Shown here: positions 16,601 through 24,830 of the stretch, piece by piece | Position numbering within the stretch: the first letter of the stretch is position 1 | How the letters are laid out: each line of letters opens with the position of its first letter | IMG/VR virus record: IMGVR_UViG_3300020042_003020 | Location: 1 to 27,701 of that record | Reading direction: 5' to 3' (one strand) | DNA: 27,701 bases | DNA from: a virus | Taxonomy: Duplodnaviria; Caudoviricetes | Program-made: the position numbers and the translations under genes | The notes under the pieces: model-generated | Told to the model about the DNA's origin: nothing | Databases searched by the model: none | What the model saw: the letters and a program-made list of their open reading frames with translations, nothing else

Positions 16601-19600
16601 TTAATTCGGCTCGTCTAATATTGCTTTCGGCGTCTTCGCGATTACGCAACATGTACATAAAATCACGTTTTGTTGCTACCTTAGCTTTTGCGCGCCATGC
16701 TAAATATTCGTTAGTAATGGCTTTTTGTTCTGCGGTACTGGCGTTGTCGTACAAATGGACTTGTGCTATGTGGCCAAGTTCGTGAGTTAAAATCTCTAAT
16801 TGTTTGCTCTCGCTCATACCGGGTCGCAAATAAACGGCGTACGTCTTGCCGTCCCCACCAAGATGTAATGCAGAGCCATTTACGTTATTTTCTCGTATCT
16901 CAACTATTCGAGCAAACTGAGTACCATACAGCTTGTGCTTGTCCACATAACTACTGTCAGTTGGATCGGGTTTGCTAAATATAAATATTCGTAGGTTACC
17001 TAAACCCAATAATTGCAATATGTTTTCCGTGTACCCTACTATTGCAGGATTAACAGCATCGGCACCAACTATATTTTTTCCTGAAAAGAATGGCCCGTCA
17101 CGATTGCTTACAGCTAAGTCAAGTTCTTTCATATGCAACTTGGTTGCAGCGTCAACCAACCGAGTAAGGTCTTTCCCCGCTAACCAACTAGGTTGCATGT
17201 TTGGCAGTGATATAGGATACGTCGCTACTTGCCCTTTACGGTTAACCACGTAGAATCGGACGCGGTTGTCTTTGTTTAATGCGCGATACATTGCAAAATC
17301 AGCGTCTTCATAAACAATTGGTGTTTGCGGCGATCCGTAAATTTCTGACCATGTAGGCTCAATGACAATACTATTAGTCCACTGTCTGGCTATTGCATCT
17401 TGCTTAGCTTCTTCAGCTTTACGTTCTTCTTCAGCTTTACGTTCTTCTTCAGCTTTACGTTCTTCTTCAGCTTTACGTTCTTTTTCTTCAGCTTTCTTGG
17501 CGTCGGCAGCTTTCTTGGCTTCTTCAGCTTTCTTGGCTTCTTCAGCTTTCTTGGCTTCCTCGGCTTTACGCGTTTCTTCAGCTTTAGTAATTTTATCGGC
17601 AGCTTTCTTGGCTTCTGCAGCAGCTTTTTCGGCTTCTTCAGCGGCTTTAACGGCTCTAGCCGCAGCTTGACCGGCCTTAGTGTCTTCAGTTTCGGCTTGT
17701 AATTTTTCGCCAATTGTGGATGGGCCACTAAAGTCAAACGGAGATTTAGTTTTTGCGGGTTTAGGCGCTTCTTCCTCAACCGTTGTTCCGGCGTCGCCTG
17801 TATCTTTTACCAATGCAGCAAACGGATTTACAACTTTAGGAGCGCCAGTAGTAGCCGGTGCTTGAGTCTCTTTGGTAGTGGTAGTTTTAGTAGTCCGGCC
17901 AGTAGTCTTCTTTGGTCCCGTAGTAGTCGTGGTAGTGGCAGTAGTACCAGTATCAGCAGGAGTAGTAGTAGGCGCATTGGTTTCTTTGGGTAGTCGCTCG
18001 GCTCTGTCAAGTTCAGCCCACTCCGCTTTCTTTTGGTCAATCTGCGTACTCAACGAATCCCATTTTTTACGGGCTGGAGATTTCACAGCAGGGATACGCC
18101 CAGCTTTAGTAAGCAAGGCTTGTTGTTCTGCGATTAGCGCACGTATCTCTTCAAAGACTACGTTAGTAGTGCGTTCAGTGGGAGTCGTTACTGCAGTGGG
18201 CTGCGCTCCTTGAGTTGTAGTTCCCGTGCCAGCAGGTTGTCCAGCAGGTGCCAGTCCGAGTCCGTTAGGTGTTTCAGATGTTCCGGTGGTGGCGGGAACT
18301 CCGGTTCCGGGTTGTACCACGTCGGTTCCGGTAGGCTTACCAGATACTCCCACGCCTGACTCACCTCCTCCGAGGTCAAGCTCTCCTTGAGGCTTATCCG
18401 TTTGGGTAATGGTCGGCTCATTTGGTTTCTCCTCAAAAGCTGCAGGTTGTGGCGCTATTAGCGCTTTCAATACCCCAGCACGCGCACCAGTACCGCTAAT
18501 AAGTTTGGGGTCGCGCTGAACCAGCGCTTTAATTTCTTCAACGGTTTTGCCAAGCACATTGGTAGTTATCCATTGCTTGGATGTTTTTAGAGGCAGTCCT
18601 ATGGCATCAATGTCTGCTTGGGTAATAGCCGCAGTGGTTGGACCTGCCAGACCGGGAAAGCGTTGCGTACCGGCTTCGTCAGCAGCTTTTTTCTCTGCTT
18701 CTTCCGTAAGTCGTTGTTCTTTAATGATTTTTTCGGCTTGACGTCTGCCAATATCAGCTTCGTCGTATGACGCCCGTTGCTCGGCTAGTTCTTTGATACG
18801 CGCCTTGACCTCAGGGGTTTGGGGCTGCATCTTAAGCGTTTCTTGTTCTTTTACAAGGTCAGCGTATTCACGTTGGAAATCTAAACCAAGAGTGGCTTGT
18901 TCGCCTTGCTGCACTGCAGCAGTTTTAGGTTCCGGTTCTTCCTTTGGCGGCGCAACTTTCTTACCCATCTCTTGGGGCGTGAACAGCGTACCCTGCGTAC
19001 CTACACGGGCAGTTTCAGGTAGCGTGGCACCCGGTACAACTTCTTCTTTTGGCTCGCGTGGTCGTGCAGCTTCTTCAGCGCGACGTTGTTGGTCTAACTG
19101 ACCACGGGCTTGGCCTCGTTCTACAGCGCCTGCTGCGCCGCCCAAGGGCGTACCAATCAAAGCGGCTTGGTATGCAGACTCACCGTATTCTTTATAGGCT
19201 TCTGGAGACGTTAACTCTAACCCTGCTTGGTAGCGCTCAAGAACTTGTTGGGCAACCTCTACGGGCATCTCAGCCGTACCACGGATAGCTCCACGCCCCG
19301 CAGATGCAGCCAGCGAACGCTCGGCGGCTTTGACTAACTCAGTTTGCGCGGCAGCAGTTTTGAGAGCAACATCATCCGTAAGCCCAAGTATCCCGCCAAC
19401 TACGCGTTTGCCCAGCGTGAATGCAGTACCAACACCTTCTAGTGCGGCTTGACCTGCGGCGGATATATAGGCTTTTTTGCGGTCAATGTCTACATTCTTA
19501 CCTGCCTCTATCTGTTCTTCGGCTTGGCGTTCAACGTTGGAACCCATAAATTGTGGAAGCAGAACCGCGCCAGTTCCTAAAGCCGCACCAACTGCACGAC

Positions 19601-20039
19601 CGGGAACACCAAATGCAGAACCGGCAGCAGAACCTGCCTTAGCGCCAGCATACATGGATGCTAGGTTTGCGCCTTGACCGGCCAATGCACGGGGGACTTG
19701 CGACACAACTTCGCCTGCTGCAGACAGCAAGCCTTTGTCTTTGTATGCTTTTTTAACGGCTTCTAAGCTAACGCCTTCGCCAGCTTCTCTACCAATGTCT
19801 TCGCTACGGGCAACACCAGCCCTAGCTGCCCCCTCAGGGTCAAAGATACTTCCGATACCCGTACGCGCTGAAGATACTAACTGTTTACCACCACGAACCA
19901 GTTCGCTACCAATTGTGGATTGTTTTGGGGTGGATGATTGAGCGACTAACCGTTTGACTGTTGCTTGAATTACGCTTGGGTCTGTGCCGTCGGGGAATTC
20001 AAGAATTCGGCCATCGGCCAGTTGCGCTTCAATCGCCAT
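13671..20039 (-). CDS. Large polyvalent virion/ejection protein (2122 aa) with zincin metallopeptidase and LPD38-like C-terminus
   Basis: GAGGTG RBS. N-terminal DGRILEFPDGT, Gly/Ala-rich hydrophobic region, THELGH...EWFA, and C-terminal PFFNAYIQG...RDSNWI...IKPVIEAWANKSFLTG. Confidence 0.82.
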   Translation of the reverse strand: MAIEAQLADGRILEFPDGTDPSVIQATVKRLVAQSSTPKQSTIGSELVRGGKQLVSSARTGIGSIFDPEGAARAGVARSEDIGREAGEGVSLEAVKKAYKDKGLLSAAGEVVSQVPRALAGQGANLASMYAGAKAGSAAGSAFGVPGRAVGAALGTGAVLLPQFMGSNVERQAEEQIEAGKNVDIDRKKAYISAAGQAALEGVGTAFTLGKRVVGGILGLTDDVALKTAAAQTELVKAAERSLAASAGRGAIRGTAEMPVEVAQQVLERYQAGLELTSPEAYKEYGESAYQAALIGTPLGGAAGAVERGQARGQLDQQRRAEEAARPREPKEEVVPGATLPETARVGTQGTLFTPQEMGKKVAPPKEEPEPKTAAVQQGEQATLGLDFQREYADLVKEQETLKMQPQTPEVKARIKELAEQRASYDEADIGRRQAEKIIKEQRLTEEAEKKAADEAGTQRFPGLAGPTTAAITQADIDAIGLPLKTSKQWITTNVLGKTVEEIKALVQRDPKLISGTGARAGVLKALIAPQPAAFEEKPNEPTITQTDKPQGELDLGGGESGVGVSGKPTGTDVVQPGTGVPATTGTSETPNGLGLAPAGQPAGTGTTTQGAQPTAVTTPTERTTNVVFEEIRALIAEQQALLTKAGRIPAVKSPARKKWDSLSTQIDQKKAEWAELDRAERLPKETNAPTTTPADTGTTATTTTTTGPKKTTGRTTKTTTTKETQAPATTGAPKVVNPFAALVKDTGDAGTTVEEEAPKPAKTKSPFDFSGPSTIGEKLQAETEDTKAGQAAARAVKAAEEAEKAAAEAKKAADKITKAEETRKAEEAKKAEEAKKAEEAKKAADAKKAEEKERKAEEERKAEEERKAEEERKAEEAKQDAIARQWTNSIVIEPTWSEIYGSPQTPIVYEDADFAMYRALNKDNRVRFYVVNRKGQVATYPISLPNMQPSWLAGKDLTRLVDAATKLHMKELDLAVSNRDGPFFSGKNIVGADAVNPAIVGYTENILQLLGLGNLRIFIFSKPDPTDSSYVDKHKLYGTQFARIVEIRENNVNGSALHLGGDGKTYAVYLRPGMSESKQLEILTHELGHIAQVHLYDNASTAEQKAITNEYLAWRAKAKVATKRDFMYMLRNREDAESNIRRAELNGDADAAAATMEEFESYWISFGEWFADNVSRWATTNEKPLSIADKFFSRVAQMMRDLVAIVTSRKYPPAKSVADFLNKAGPANFKTAPNISLPENSQEIKQQFSISFSDEQLIDSMGPLNRDDKSGLKKLLVGVQSNPDIGYVTKFRTQVTDIAATIEKRLREKFDGAVRNSLGELNPMGLYRQAQDYTKMLLEYFQTGTLYKDKTTGLWKSGMGEGVRPPAEVYALIDQYAEKNGYSRERATQIASRILEGVRLDEMRRSNNTGMTNFALHLKDNEIDQLVRAYNADPDLKEMSKLMDEARKAMVDNLVAVGRLSAEEGKLWRDVVGYVPFDRETIDSVAANFNKAKKISGKGLAQLGKLPELVGSFERPVGNVFDNYLNTLGWMVGQTLKADATLITLRSLEDIGQAKKLRTGASPTANSVGAYVNGEMQYWELPSKYDVMAFKDLNPPKAGWIRAMGAFSNILRKTVTVLPPFALKQVMDDVQRAIMTSGVRNPGALVWMSLTNFPKLALAELRGIQHPIVKDFGRLGLTGEYDFEAGKPATSLLKDLGYKKRGMFETLIHRLDGITRASDLAVRKAIYDQTLNESKDELLAQTRAREFINFRRRGANQFVTDMVTVIPFFNAYIQGMDVLYRAASGKDSSSSVDRAKARQLFYSRAITVTMLSSLYALGKGDDDEDYNEMDLRTRDSNWILGGGYKIGVPGELGAIFKVIPERIVEYMRRQGTPEEQTAFEAVRTTLNYMFEQYLGRAVPIPQAIKPVIEAWANKSFLTGKDLEGYHHRAMDPSMRKTDQTSELAKAIAVFSRDEIGVEVSPIMIDNALRGYFGSTAAMVTMVTDSLLNPTRVDRPLHKYALFSNYLYDPVGTRRMTEFYEEREKVGKANTTLNELIKTDLDRAEKYVVEHEAELELEGMINSTLEQLERTRAYRKYLNSPEGAADMSKEDREADLKELKRTELEYVQWVREAKTELRKVQR
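17405..17645 (-). repeat. 18-bp coding tandem repeats (AEEAKK x~4, AEEERK x~4)
   Basis: Near-identical units TTCTTCAGCTTTACGTTC and TTCTTCAGCTTTCTTGGC on the + strand. Confidence 0.9.
18188..18421 (-). CDS. Overprinted 77-aa protein nested in an alternative frame of the polyvalent protein gene
   Basis: GAGGAG-N7-ATG. The 16-mer AGGAGAAACCAAATGA is identical to the DUF3310 start region. Protein-like amphipathic sequence (LTSEEVSQAWEYL...PPPEHLKHLTDSDWHLLDNLLAREL). Confidence 0.65.
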   Translation of the reverse strand: MSRPLPKRISLKESLTSEEVSQAWEYLVSLPEPTWYNPEPEFPPPPEHLKHLTDSDWHLLDNLLARELQLKERSPLQ

Positions 20040-20047
20040 ACATCACC

Positions 20048-22012
20048 TCATTTAATTTGGTTCCCTTGCGCATCAAATCGCACGCGGGTGGTTCCGCCGG
20101 GGCCTGCTGCGCCGGGGGCTGCTCCCATTGTACCGACTCCGGCCATTTGTGCAATCTCAGCTTCAATAACGGCTAACTCACTTTGTAGTCGTCGTTTTTC
20201 AGAACCAAAAGCGGTCCTAAGTTGCGTAGTTTTAGACAACTGTAAAGCTTTAAGCTCATTCAATCGTTGTTTGTCGCCAGACCCAGAACCAGCCGCACGT
20301 TTTGCGTCAGCCGCAAGTTTTGCCGCTAGGACTTTTGCTTCTGCCGCCTCTCTAGCGGATTGTTTGCGCTGAGCAGTTTGCTCATCTACATTGAGCAAAC
20401 TTGTGCCGGAATGTTCTGATTTCTCTTTACTGTCAATAGCGGCCTTAATTGCAGCTTCGCCAGCAGCGGCGGCTTTATAGTTACCCTCAAGCGTAAGCTT
20501 AAGGACTTCGTCTTTCATGGCGCTGATCTCATCAAAAAACTTCAAGTCCTGACCGGAGTACGCTTCGCGTTGGCCTTGCATGCCAGAACCTAGATTGTTT
20601 AGCATCGTACCAATACCGCCGCTTACAATAGGTTTAGAAGCGCGGTCAAAACCAGTTACCCACTCGGGCAAACGTTCGCCTTGAATTTTCTTCAGCATGC
20701 CTTCGCGCTCTGCGATTCGAGCATTTTTTGGCTCGAGTAATTTATCTATGCCTACGTAATCTTTATAACGCTGAGCGTTCTTTTGAAACTCAGCGCCTTC
20801 GTCTTTGTTCAAGTTTTTAAAGATATTGGCTTCTATGGCTTCGCGTAGTTTGTTAACCGGTTCTGCTTTTTCCACTTCTGGTTTGGTAACGGCTTCTACG
20901 GGTGGCTTGGGTGGGCCGGGGGGTCCTGCTGGTTTTACCGCTGCAGGGGGGCGTGGGCGCAACGCGGGGTTTGTGTTCTGCCCAGTCTGCGCTCTGGCTG
21001 CTGCTAAACGCTTTAGTTTTTCTGTCTCTGCATCTACTGCCGTAGCTTCTTGTTTGGCGGGCGCAGATACGTTGTCTTTAAACAAACCGGAACTCCGCAG
21101 TAGTTTGTCGTACGCACTAGACACAGGAGCTTTACCGGGCACAACGTAGTCAAGTGTGTTTGCAACAGATGACCCTAAGTCTGCGCCTAGTTCACCTAAG
21201 CCCATGCCTAAACCTTTAGCGGCTCGACCCAACTCACCCTTTTTTAAATCTTCAAATGTGCCTGAAGCGGAGGTGTCAATGTCATCATCGGATTTAAGTT
21301 TGTAGTCACCAAACTTACTAGCTGCTTCAAGAGCTAATCCTGCAGGACCGGCTCTTCGCAAAACTTTACCCGCCATTTTACCAGTGCCTTCTGACAATCT
21401 ACGAAGCAAACTTGCTTCTTCAGCGGCAGCAGTGGCGGCAGCAGTGGGCACAGCTTTAGCTGCAGCCGAGGCGGTTTGTCCTGCGGTCGGGCCTGCGGCT
21501 TTAGTTTCCGCATACATTTCTTTAAGGTTAGCTTTGACTTCGGGTGGTGAATTGGCGTACTCCACGTAATCCGTACCCATTTTTTGTAAGAACGAGGCAA
21601 AGTCTGTACCTAGCTTAATTTCTCCGCCCGGTGCAAACGCAACAATGCCGCCGCCGTCGTAGTTACGGCCAAGGTTAGACATAAGCTGGTTTATGCTACC
21701 ACCACGCGCAGCCATTACGGGCTGTTGAGGCATGGGAGGTTGGCCTTGAAGCATTTGCGGTTGTTGGCGCTGCTGAGCATTACCTAGCATCTGTTGTAGC
21801 CTTTGGACTACAGACGGCTGAGGACCCCCAGCTTGCATAGCTTGTTGATTTTGCGCACCTTTTTGTATATCGGCGATCTTTTGCAGGGCAATAGCTTCTT
21901 CTAAATCTCTAGGGATTTCGTTAGGCGGTTTGTTGGCGTTGGCCCGATCAACCTTGGCTTTTAACGGCGCTGGGTTGCCCATAAAGTTATCTACTAATTG
22001 TTCAATACCCAT
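20048..22012 (-). CDS. Putative internal virion/ejection protein (654 aa)
   Basis: AAGGA RBS. Gln/Pro-rich N-terminus, AARGG/YDGGG/FAPGG motifs, coiled-coil C-terminus. Directly upstream of the polyvalent protein. Confidence 0.65.
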   Translation of the reverse strand: MGIEQLVDNFMGNPAPLKAKVDRANANKPPNEIPRDLEEAIALQKIADIQKGAQNQQAMQAGGPQPSVVQRLQQMLGNAQQRQQPQMLQGQPPMPQQPVMAARGGSINQLMSNLGRNYDGGGIVAFAPGGEIKLGTDFASFLQKMGTDYVEYANSPPEVKANLKEMYAETKAAGPTAGQTASAAAKAVPTAAATAAAEEASLLRRLSEGTGKMAGKVLRRAGPAGLALEAASKFGDYKLKSDDDIDTSASGTFEDLKKGELGRAAKGLGMGLGELGADLGSSVANTLDYVVPGKAPVSSAYDKLLRSSGLFKDNVSAPAKQEATAVDAETEKLKRLAAARAQTGQNTNPALRPRPPAAVKPAGPPGPPKPPVEAVTKPEVEKAEPVNKLREAIEANIFKNLNKDEGAEFQKNAQRYKDYVGIDKLLEPKNARIAEREGMLKKIQGERLPEWVTGFDRASKPIVSGGIGTMLNNLGSGMQGQREAYSGQDLKFFDEISAMKDEVLKLTLEGNYKAAAAGEAAIKAAIDSKEKSEHSGTSLLNVDEQTAQRKQSAREAAEAKVLAAKLAADAKRAAGSGSGDKQRLNELKALQLSKTTQLRTAFGSEKRRLQSELAVIEAEIAQMAGVGTMGAAPGAAGPGGTTRVRFDAQGNQIK

Positions 22013-22021
22013 GATGTTTCC

Positions 22022-24829
22022 TTACAAGCCTAATTGTTGTAACAGATCGGCTACAGTTTTATCGCTCTTGCCAACTGCTTTTGCGCCACCTGCCGCACCA
22101 GCCATAATTTCTTGAAGCTTTGTGGGTTGTGCAATGTTGTAGCTAGTTGCAGAAATTGGCATGCCTTGAAGCATAGACTGCTGAAACTGAAGCATCTTGT
22201 ACGGGTTTTCCCTAGCAGCTTCAAACGCCGATTTGTCCGCTGCTATACCTTCGGCCTCAATACCACGTTGCTGTTGACCAGCAGCAAGCTGTTGTGACAA
22301 GTTAGCCAAACCTGTGGAGGATTGTGTAGCACCAAGCTGACCTTGAGCTTGAGCGGCTTGTAAGCCGGTCTGCAAGCCCTGCAAACCATAGGTTGCGCCG
22401 TACTGAGCTTCTTGCATCTTACGGGCTTGGTCAGCATTAAATTGCTGTTGAGCATTGTTATATGCGGTGTTATAGCCAGTGCCAGTAATATTGGACATAT
22501 TGGTGCCAAGATTGCGCTGTGTTTCTGCATCGAGAATGGCTTGACGTCCACCACCAAAAGCACCCGCTTGAGTCATCTTACCGGCATTCTGAGCTTGGGT
22601 AATCTGTGACTGACGGCGGGCTTCTTCTAGTTGAGGATTAAGGGAAGCCTGCAAATACGGGTTCATGTATTGCTGTGCTTGAGTGGCATCGAACGATTGA
22701 GTCGTAGGGGTGTACTTTAACCCTTGGGCGGCAGTTCCAATATTACCTGCGGTTGTAGCGGCAGCGCCAATACTAGACGGTGTTTGTAAGTTTGCGGCGT
22801 TGTTAAACGCTGAAGTTTGCAAGGGAGATTGACCCGCAGTCAATGGCCCCATGTACTGCTGATATGGAGACTCAGTTAGCGCTTGGGTCTTACCAAGCAT
22901 GTTAGACATATAGTCGCCCGCCCAGCTATTAGGGCCAGTTTCTGTGCCAGTAATACCGGCATTTACCGCAGAACCAAGTCCAGTTGCGCCTACTGCGCTA
23001 CCGTCAGGGCCTGCAAATCCTTGTACTTTGCCACCGTTAGCATAAGCGTTTGTTAAACCGCCGGGCATAAACTTGTCCGGGTTAATTTGTTTGCCTTGTT
23101 GTTTATTGCCAGTGCGGGCAACACGAATTCGGTCCATCATTTGGTAAAGCTTTTTAGCTCCGGCATCTGAGTTGCCGTTACCCAGATGAGACACAACATC
23201 CGCAGGCACAACAAACTCGCCGTGGCTAAGCGCAGCAGGTTGTTTTTTACCAATACGAGCGGGGATTTTGTCAGCCATACCGTCGGTGTTTCCTTGTAAG
23301 TAACGACCCCTTGCCATATTAATCCTTCCGCCCCTTGCGAAGTCGTAGTCAGCTAAATCAAAACTAAAGTCATCACCGCCACCAAAATCAAAGTTAGAGT
23401 AATCCCCGTTGCCGAGGTCAAACTCACTTAGGTCAAGGTCGTTACTGCCAAAGTCAAACCCAGAGTAATCAAAGCCACCGTAGTCGGTGTTAGACATGTC
23501 TTGCGTATAGTCATAGTAGCCATCATCCCCACCGCCAAGAACAACGTCGTCTATACCGGTAAAGTCGTGGAAACTGTCACCGCCAATAATGTCAGTGGTA
23601 TCAATACCATCTCCCGTGCCATATACGTCGTCTGTTTCGGCAGCTACACGAGCTAATTCAGCATCAACTTCTTCATCAGACAACACTGGAGCTTCCGCAA
23701 GATCGTTTGCATTAGCAGCAATTTGTTCGTCAATTCCAGTAAATTCATCCGCACCGGCATATTCACCTTCGGGGGTAGTAAGTCCTTCTTCACCACCGGT
23801 AACAGTTCCAGTACCACCAGCGCCTCCAATACCTCTAGCACCACCTCCAGCACCACCTCCAGCAGGGCTACCGCCTCCACCGCCGCCACCACTCCTAGTA
23901 GGCGTGTTTGCGCCACCAGCGCCCGTAACAGCTTTGGTAACCGCGCCTATAACACTGGCGTTATTAGTTCCAGCCGGAGTACCAACAGTTGTTTTTGTGT
24001 TGCCAGTCGTACCGCCCGTAGTAGTTGTACCGCCGGTAGTTTTTGTACCACCGCCAGTGAGCGTATTGATTAGGTTTTGCAACCCGTCAGTAGTTTTATT
24101 GCCTGTACCACCAAGAACTTGTTTTGCCAATGCAGCAATGCCAGCGGTTTTTGCAAGGTTAGTTAGTGTAGAGTTTTTCTTAGGCGCAACAGCGGTAGCC
24201 CTAGCCGCATTAGCCGCAGCAACTTGCGCAGCAGGGGTCATTGTTCCCGTCATGCCCGCAGGTACAGTACCTGCAGGAGCGTAAAACACATCAGCATTGT
24301 AGTTAACGCCGCCCTGTCCGGGACGGTAGTTCGTCGTAGGAGGAGCAGTCACCATGTTACGGATAGCTTGCAGTTGAGGGATCTTACCCTCGTATGCTTT
24401 TTTAGGCGCATTTGTAAACGCGCCCGTTGCACCAGCCAGCGCACCAGCTATACCGCCAGCATTGGTTAAATTTAAAGACTTTAAAAAGTCAGTAATACCG
24501 TTACCGCCAGTATTTGCAGGAGCAGCATTAGCGCCACCACCAAAGATTGAGCGTGTGTTAACACCGGGAAGCTGACCGCCAAAGGTAGGGTCAAATACGT
24601 TTTCTCCGGCTACATTACCAAGCTGACCGCCAAAGGTGGGGTCAAATACATTTTCGGCCCCAGCGCCATATTGACCGCCATAAGTAGGGTCAAACACACT
24701 CTCGCCGCTATTCATACTAAACTGACCGCCGTAGGTAGGATCAAATACGTTCTCAGCACCGCCCTCGCTCATACCAGTAAAGTCATGAAAGCCTTCGGTG
24801 TTGCCGCCAGTGCCGTCGTCATAAGCCAT
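22022..24829 (-). CDS. Putative internal virion/DNA-pilot protein (935 aa), multi-module
   Basis: AAGGA RBS. N-terminal repeats, Gly/Thr and acidic tracts, a DGMADKIPA...LSHGEFVVPADVV module, and a Gln/Ala-rich C-terminus (QQYMNPY, AGAFGGGRQA). Confidence 0.68.
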   Translation of the reverse strand: MAYDDGTGGNTEGFHDFTGMSEGGAENVFDPTYGGQFSMNSGESVFDPTYGGQYGAGAENVFDPTFGGQLGNVAGENVFDPTFGGQLPGVNTRSIFGGGANAAPANTGGNGITDFLKSLNLTNAGGIAGALAGATGAFTNAPKKAYEGKIPQLQAIRNMVTAPPTTNYRPGQGGVNYNADVFYAPAGTVPAGMTGTMTPAAQVAAANAARATAVAPKKNSTLTNLAKTAGIAALAKQVLGGTGNKTTDGLQNLINTLTGGGTKTTGGTTTTGGTTGNTKTTVGTPAGTNNASVIGAVTKAVTGAGGANTPTRSGGGGGGGSPAGGGAGGGARGIGGAGGTGTVTGGEEGLTTPEGEYAGADEFTGIDEQIAANANDLAEAPVLSDEEVDAELARVAAETDDVYGTGDGIDTTDIIGGDSFHDFTGIDDVVLGGGDDGYYDYTQDMSNTDYGGFDYSGFDFGSNDLDLSEFDLGNGDYSNFDFGGGDDFSFDLADYDFARGGRINMARGRYLQGNTDGMADKIPARIGKKQPAALSHGEFVVPADVVSHLGNGNSDAGAKKLYQMMDRIRVARTGNKQQGKQINPDKFMPGGLTNAYANGGKVQGFAGPDGSAVGATGLGSAVNAGITGTETGPNSWAGDYMSNMLGKTQALTESPYQQYMGPLTAGQSPLQTSAFNNAANLQTPSSIGAAATTAGNIGTAAQGLKYTPTTQSFDATQAQQYMNPYLQASLNPQLEEARRQSQITQAQNAGKMTQAGAFGGGRQAILDAETQRNLGTNMSNITGTGYNTAYNNAQQQFNADQARKMQEAQYGATYGLQGLQTGLQAAQAQGQLGATQSSTGLANLSQQLAAGQQQRGIEAEGIAADKSAFEAARENPYKMLQFQQSMLQGMPISATSYNIAQPTKLQEIMAGAAGGAKAVGKSDKTVADLLQQLGL
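24571..24760 (-). repeat. Four peptide repeats E[NS]VFDPT[YF]GGQ
   Basis: Visible at aa ~25-86 of the 935-aa ORF. Synonymous positions differ between copies. Confidence 0.9.
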
Positions 24830-24830
24830 A

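Noticed and set aside
17390-17779. 129-aa Lys-rich alternative-frame ORF
   Set aside because: Shadow of the AEEAKK/AEEERK repeats, with no credible RBS or ATG start.
17828-18040. Alternative-frame ORF containing signal-peptide-like MRLLLLLLILVLLPLP (possible Rz1-like overprint)
   Set aside because: The poly-Leu is the frame-shifted reading of Thr codons in the main ORF. There is no lipobox Cys and only a weak SD (AAAGA).
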